The notes under the pieces: generated by a model | What the model was told of the DNA's origin: nothing | The model's input: only the letters and a program-made list of their open reading frames with translations | Database searches by the model: none | Made by a program: the position numbers and the translations under genes | Assembly (NCBI GenBank): GCA_976551045.1 | Contig: CDPCPM010000033.1 | Location: 12,834,001-12,898,000 of the forward strand | Source: Glaucostegus cemiculus | Taxonomy: Eukaryota | DNA: 64,000 nucleotides | Reading direction: 5' to 3' | In this document: positions 63,620-64,000 of the stretch, piece by piece | Numbering within the stretch: position 1 is the first letter of the stretch | Layout: the number at the start of each line of letters is the position of its first letter

Positions 63620-64000
63620 ATCTCAAGCAGGGTGGACAAGGGAGAGGCCGTAGATGTGGTGTATTTAGACTTTCAGAAGGCATTCGACAAGGTGCCGCAC
63701 AAAAGACTAATTAGTAAGATGAGAGATCACGGAATAACGGGCAGGATAACAGAATGGGTGGAGAGTTGGCTGGATGGCAGGAAACAGAGGGTGGGAATAA
63801 AAGGATCGTGTTCTGGTTGGCTGCCGGTTACTAGTGGTGTTCCGCAGGGGTCGGTGTTGGGGCCCCTTCTTTTTACCTTATATATTAATGATTTAGACGA
63901 AGGAGTCAATGGGTTTGTGGCCAAGTTTGCAGATGACACTAAGATTGGGGGAGGAGTGGAGAGTATTGAGGAGACAGGAAAGCTACAGAGAGACTTGGAT
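63620..64000 (+). mobile_element. Young CR1 LINE RT, running off the window end
   Basis: Open frame [23 protein letters not shown]...[21 protein letters not shown]...[10 protein letters not shown]. CpGs are retained. Confidence 0.93.

Noticed and set aside
38-63939. Most short ORFs in the supplied track
   Set aside because: They are chance ORFs or antisense shadows of LINE/SINE sequence with no recognisable domains.
40098-64000. UMPS or KALRN 3' exons expected from human synteny
   Set aside because: I could not find LGQQY/IIVGRGI (UMPS) or KALRN C-terminal motifs on the minus strand by eye. They probably lie beyond the window.

Overview
This is eukaryotic genomic DNA, most likely from a cartilaginous fish. 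That is an inference from the repeat set: HER1/CR1 LINEs, HE1-type V-SINEs, Rex1/Babar LINEs and Penelope-like elements. The one clearly intact gene is the 3' end of integrin beta-5 (ITGB5) on the + strand. It has five coding exons (24391-24613, 24995-25095, 29740-29859, 34993-35159, 40002-40097) with canonical AG/GT sites and consistent phases, and is preceded by an intron of more than 24 kb. Much of the rest is nested transposon debris. Four signals stand out. (1) Convergent with ITGB5 is a decayed multi-exon minus-strand gene (about 44090-56280) with TK/TKL-type kinase subdomains in the correct order and a possible C-terminal death-fold domain. (2) A Tigger/pogo-like TIR element encloses an R2-type reverse-transcriptase fragment away from rDNA. 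(3) Penelope-like elements carry minimal hammerhead ribozyme motifs. (4) A second decayed antisense coding-like region lies in the long ITGB5 intron. There are no prokaryotic features, CRISPR arrays, tRNA or rRNA genes. All translations were done by eye and repeat boundaries are approximate.
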